In this document: one piece after another, positions 30,297-33,162 of the stretch
How the letters are laid out: each line of letters begins with the position of its first letter
How positions within the stretch are numbered: position 1 is the first letter of the stretch
Source of the DNA: Campylobacteraceae bacterium
GTDB taxonomy: Bacteria > Campylobacterota > Campylobacteria > Campylobacterales > Sulfurovaceae
Length of the DNA stretch: 33,162 bases
Direction: 5' to 3'
Assembly: GCA_026986085.1 (NCBI GenBank)
Contig: JALSPE010000111.1
Span: 1 to 33,162 of the forward strand
Position numbers and translations under genes: made by a program
The notes under the pieces: model-generated
The model's input: only the letters and a program-made list of their open reading frames with translations
The model's database searches: none
Told to the model about the DNA's origin: nothing

Positions 30297-31102
30297 TAGA
30301 GTTCTCCTCTCTTTTTTAGAGTAGCACTAAAGCCCCAACCTCTTCTTGCATCTGCTAACTCATCTTTTGTTATTGGCTCAATTAGCATAGACTCTCTATC
30401 TTCAAGCTTCATCTCAATTTCGCCATCTGGAGTAACAAATAAAGAGTCTCCATAAAAATGCCATCTATGCGATTCATCCCTATAGTCACCAACTCTGTTT
30501 GCCCTTAAAATATAGCAGTTATTTAAAAAAGCTCTCATCTTTATTAGCTCTCTCCATCGTCTCTTAGATTCAAAGGTAGAAGATGTTGGCAAGAGAACCA
30601 AATCTACTCTCTTTCTTAAAATAGACTCCCACATCTTATCAAAGTGCAACTCAAATCCACCCATAATAGCAATTTTAAATCCATCTATAGTAAAAACCAT
30701 AGGCTCCTTCAAACTCTTTATAGGGTTGTTAAAAAACTTCTCTTCACTCCAGTGAGAGTAGTTTATTAATATCTGTTGTGTATAGTAGCTTGTAGATTTA
30801 GGTGATATTTTAACTATTTTTTTATAATATTTACCACCCTTAACCTCAATAATAGGGGCAACAAGAGTGATATCAAACTCTTTGCTAAACCTCTTTAACA
30901 AGTCGATATTAGACTCTGTCTGCTCTTTTATCATACTTTTTGGAAAACTCTCAAGCTCTTTAAAAAAAGGATTTAATACATACTCTCCAAAAAGAAGCAG
31001 TTTACAATTTCGCTCTTTAGCTTTTTTTAAATAGAATTCCAATCTTGTAGTATTTAAACCCAAAGTTGGCAGTTGCAAAAGCCCTACAACCAACTCTTTC
31101 AC
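30296..31102 (-). CDS. Carbon-nitrogen hydrolase (nitrilase superfamily) fold protein, apparently lacking the catalytic Lys and Cys
   Basis: Hand alignment to nitrilase-superfamily motifs. LLLFGEY matches the first Glu motif and EEKFF matches the second. YTQQILI sits where Y-R-K-I-H-L is expected, and IAIMGGFE sits where G-V-x-I-C-Y-D is expected. GTG start overlaps the xseB stop. Confidence 0.7.
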   Translation of the reverse strand: MKELVVGLLQLPTLGLNTTRLEFYLKKAKERNCKLLLFGEYVLNPFFKELESFPKSMIKEQTESNIDLLKRFSKEFDITLVAPIIEVKGGKYYKKIVKISPKSTSYYTQQILINYSHWSEEKFFNNPIKSLKEPMVFTIDGFKIAIMGGFELHFDKMWESILRKRVDLVLLPTSSTFESKRRWRELIKMRAFLNNCYILRANRVGDYRDESHRWHFYGDSLFVTPDGEIEMKLEDRESMLIEPITKDELADARRGWGFSATLKKRGEL

Positions 31103-31302
31103 GACGAAACTCCACTCTTTTCTTTGTTAATCTCTTCAACTTTCAACTTTGCACTCTCTAGCAAATTTTGTGCTTCAGTAATAACGCTTAGAGCCTTTTT
31201 ATATACATCAATACTCTCTTCTAGCGTAATATCTTGACTCATTAATTTATCTATATACTCTTTTGCTAATTCTAAATTCTCTTCAAAACTCTTCTGTTTC
31301 AT
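31099..31302 (-). CDS. xseB: Exodeoxyribonuclease VII small subunit
   Basis: 67 aa, FEENLELAKEYIDKL....L.LEESI..YKKA pattern typical of XseB. Confidence 0.88.
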   Translation of the reverse strand: MKQKSFEENLELAKEYIDKLMSQDITLEESIDVYKKALSVITEAQNLLESAKLKVEEINKEKSGVSS

Positions 31303-32396
31303 CTACTTAAAACCTCCGATACTATACTTTTAAATTTATCCAACTCAACTAAAAATGCATCATGCCCATAGTTGCTATCTATCTCATGATAAGTGTAACT
31401 TTGAGAGTTTCTATCTAACATTTTAGCCAAATGTTCCATCTCCCTTGGTAAAAATAACAAATCGCCACTAAAACTTATTAAATGGATATTTGCTTTTATT
31501 CTTAAAACTGCATCATACAACGACTCATAACCCCTAGATAGATTAAAAGTATTGATAGCTTTCACAATATAGAGATAGCTAAGCGGGTCAAATATTTTAG
31601 AAAAATTTCCTGTATTATACTCCATATATCTCTCTACCTCATACCTACCAAAGAGCTCAAACAAACCATCGTTAGATACATATCTCCTACCAAATTTATC
31701 ACCCATAGAGTCTGGAGAGAGGTAAGATATATGCCCTGCAATCCTACCAATTGCCAAACCATCACAACCAAGCTCTTTAAATTCATCTTTTGCGTAGTTT
31801 CCATTATTAAATCTGGGGTCTCTGCGTATTGCTTCTACTGCTACCTTGTTAAAGGCAATAGCCCAAGGCTGGGTTGCATAAGTTGTAGCCATAGCAATAA
31901 TATTTTTTGCAAAATTTGGATAATCTACAGCAAATTGAAGTGCTTGCATTCCACCCATAGAGCCCCCAATAATGGAGTGAACACCATAGATACCAAGAGA
32001 AGACAGAAGGTGCATCTGTGCTTTAACCATATCTTTAATAGTAACTACAGGAAACTTTAATCTATATGGCTCATTAGATGGATAGTTGCTACTCATAGGA
32101 CCAGTGCTACCAAAACAAGAGCCAATTGTATTAGTGCATATAACAAAATATTTAGTTGTATCTATTGCTTTTCCATCACCAATAAGCCCATCCCACCATC
32201 CAGGCTTTCTCTCACCCTCATAATATCCAGCAGCGTGGTGAGAACCACTTAGGGCATGACAAATTAATATAACATTATCTTTTGCTTTATTTAGTGTGCC
32301 ATATGTCTCGTATTTAATATCATAAGGCTCTAAAATACGCCCACTCTCAAGATACAAAGGCGATGTAAAGTGTGCAACTTTAGTAGTTATCTTCAT
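31299..32396 (-). CDS. metX: Homoserine O-acetyltransferase
   Basis: Alpha/beta hydrolase with nucleophile elbow GGSMGG, HALSG motif and a C-terminal GHDAFL catalytic His region. ~365 aa, MetX-type. Confidence 0.93.
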   Translation of the reverse strand: MKITTKVAHFTSPLYLESGRILEPYDIKYETYGTLNKAKDNVILICHALSGSHHAAGYYEGERKPGWWDGLIGDGKAIDTTKYFVICTNTIGSCFGSTGPMSSNYPSNEPYRLKFPVVTIKDMVKAQMHLLSSLGIYGVHSIIGGSMGGMQALQFAVDYPNFAKNIIAMATTYATQPWAIAFNKVAVEAIRRDPRFNNGNYAKDEFKELGCDGLAIGRIAGHISYLSPDSMGDKFGRRYVSNDGLFELFGRYEVERYMEYNTGNFSKIFDPLSYLYIVKAINTFNLSRGYESLYDAVLRIKANIHLISFSGDLLFLPREMEHLAKMLDRNSQSYTYHEIDSNYGHDAFLVELDKFKSIVSEVLSR

Positions 32397-32550
32397 TAAA
32401 CTCTTCTATATAAAATATTTAAATGTAATTTTAGCCAATTTTATTAAATTATAGAAGTATTATAGATATTTTACTTAATTTGTAAATATAAATCATTTAA
32501 AATATACCATGCTGTGTGTCTTTACCAGAAGCATTTAATTTATTTATTAC

Positions 32551-32913
32551 CTTAACTTTTGCGCCTAATTTTAACTAAAATTTCAAAGTAAACAGTGGTA
32601 TTGTAGTATCTTTAAAAAATTGTCATATATCTTGATAAGAACTATTTATTTTTCAATATGCAATGTCAAGAGTTGTGATAACTTTTGTATTAAATATAGA
32701 TAATAGCTTGTGCTAACACCACAATATAATGATTTAAGTTAAAAAGTTAAATTCATACACTAAACAATAAAGCATATATCAAATAATACGGACACGCGAA
32801 TTAATTCGCGTCTATTTAGGTTAAAAAGTTTATTTGAGCTATTGCCTCGAATAAATTCGAGGGTCCGATAAGAAGAGAAATAAACTTTACTTTAAAAGCT
32901 TTAGTTTACTAGC
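32551..32913 (+). repeat. Intergenic repeat family, copy D (full L+R)
   Basis: L half 32551-32690 carries TGTCAA (TTGACA on the minus strand) at 32664-32669 and TTGTCA-N7-TGATAA at 32620-32638. R half 32690-32913 carries the perfect 16-nt palindrome CGCGAATTAATTCGCG at 32795-32810 and the 7-bp hairpin CCTCGAA-TAAA-TTCGAGG at 32845-32862. Confidence 0.88.
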
Positions 32914-32929
32914 ATTATGAAATATCGAT

Positions 32930-33029
32930 GATTTAAGTTAAAAAGTTAAATTCATACACTAAACAATAAAACATATATCAAATAATACGGACACGCGAAT
33001 TAATTCGCGTCTATTTAGGTTAAAAAGTT
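32930..33029 (+). repeat. Partial tandem duplicate of the R-half hairpin-1 module
   Basis: 99/100 identical to 32731-32830 (single G-to-A difference, 32772 vs 32971), offset 199 nt. Ends 6 nt before the stop codon of the rlpA-like gene. Confidence 0.95.
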
Positions 33030-33035
33030 AATTTA

Positions 33036-33162
33036 CTACTTCTTATAAAAATTTTTTGTATCTTTAACAATATCAATTTTTACCTTGGCTACACCACTTT
33101 TTATGAGTCCAATTTTTTTAGCAGCTAAATATGAGAGGTCCAAGACTCTACCTTTAACATAA
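33036..33162 (-). CDS. RlpA-like (double-psi beta-barrel) lipoprotein, C-terminal fragment; gene continues beyond window
   Basis: The minus-strand frame reads ..YVKGRVLDLSYLAAKKIGLIKSGVAKVKIDIVKDTKNFYKK*, matching the conserved GR..DLS..AA..LG....G...V C-terminus of RlpA family proteins. Only 41 codons are visible, and it is absent from the ORF track because it is partial. Confidence 0.5.
   Translation of the reverse strand, partial: YVKGRVLDLSYLAAKKIGLIKSGVAKVKIDIVKDTKNFYKK

Noticed and set aside
32397-32690. The L half of the repeat as a metX leader or SAM-type riboswitch.
   Set aside because: The same sequence occurs at 6395-6560 facing the 3' end of slyD. Two good TATAAT boxes (minus strand, 32459-32464 and 32448-32453) lie much closer to metX. 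I see no resemblance to SAM riboswitch cores I know.
32731-33029. Possible CRISPR array, because of a direct repeat containing a palindrome.
   Set aside because: There are only two units. The repeat is 100 nt and the period 199 nt, far outside CRISPR dimensions. The spacer is itself part of a repeat family found elsewhere, and there are no cas genes.

Overview
AT-rich bacterial chromosome segment made almost entirely of core housekeeping genes. Gene order obg-proB-fmt-birA-parA-parB-atpF'FHAGDC-exbB/tolQ-exbD/tolR-tonB/tolA-like-tolB-ybgF-slyD matches, from my memory, Campylobacter jejuni Cj0096-Cj0115. That synteny, the two-subunit class I fumarase, LDH-like malate dehydrogenase and monomeric isocitrate dehydrogenase point to Campylobacterota (Sulfurimonas/Arcobacter-like; this is inference). 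I call 37 CDS: 36 complete plus one partial at the right edge. I see no rRNA, tRNA, CRISPR array, transposase, integrase, phage gene or recognisable defence gene. The unexplained signal is mostly non-coding. (1) A ~360-390 bp ORF-less intergenic repeat occurs three times plus a partial tandem copy, in alternating orientation, so that inverted copies bracket a 6-kb and a 26-kb gene block. It carries hairpins built on a recurring CGAATWAATTCG palindrome. (2) A ~165-nt imperfect palindrome lies between mdh and the fumarase genes. All 12 of its transition-type mismatches become G-U wobble pairs only in the minus-strand (mRNA-sense) RNA, and a solo copy of its terminus lies 1.5 kb away. (3) An orphan 477-aa XRE-HTH protein with a cupin-like middle region and a ~300-aa uncharacterised C-terminal domain sits at a synteny breakpoint upstream of obg. 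(4) A carbon-nitrogen-hydrolase-fold protein appears to have lost the catalytic Lys and Cys, and lies in a translationally coupled metX-xseB-X-thiF-lipoprotein operon. I could not identify a convincing multi-gene novel system. These four are the candidates I would follow up.
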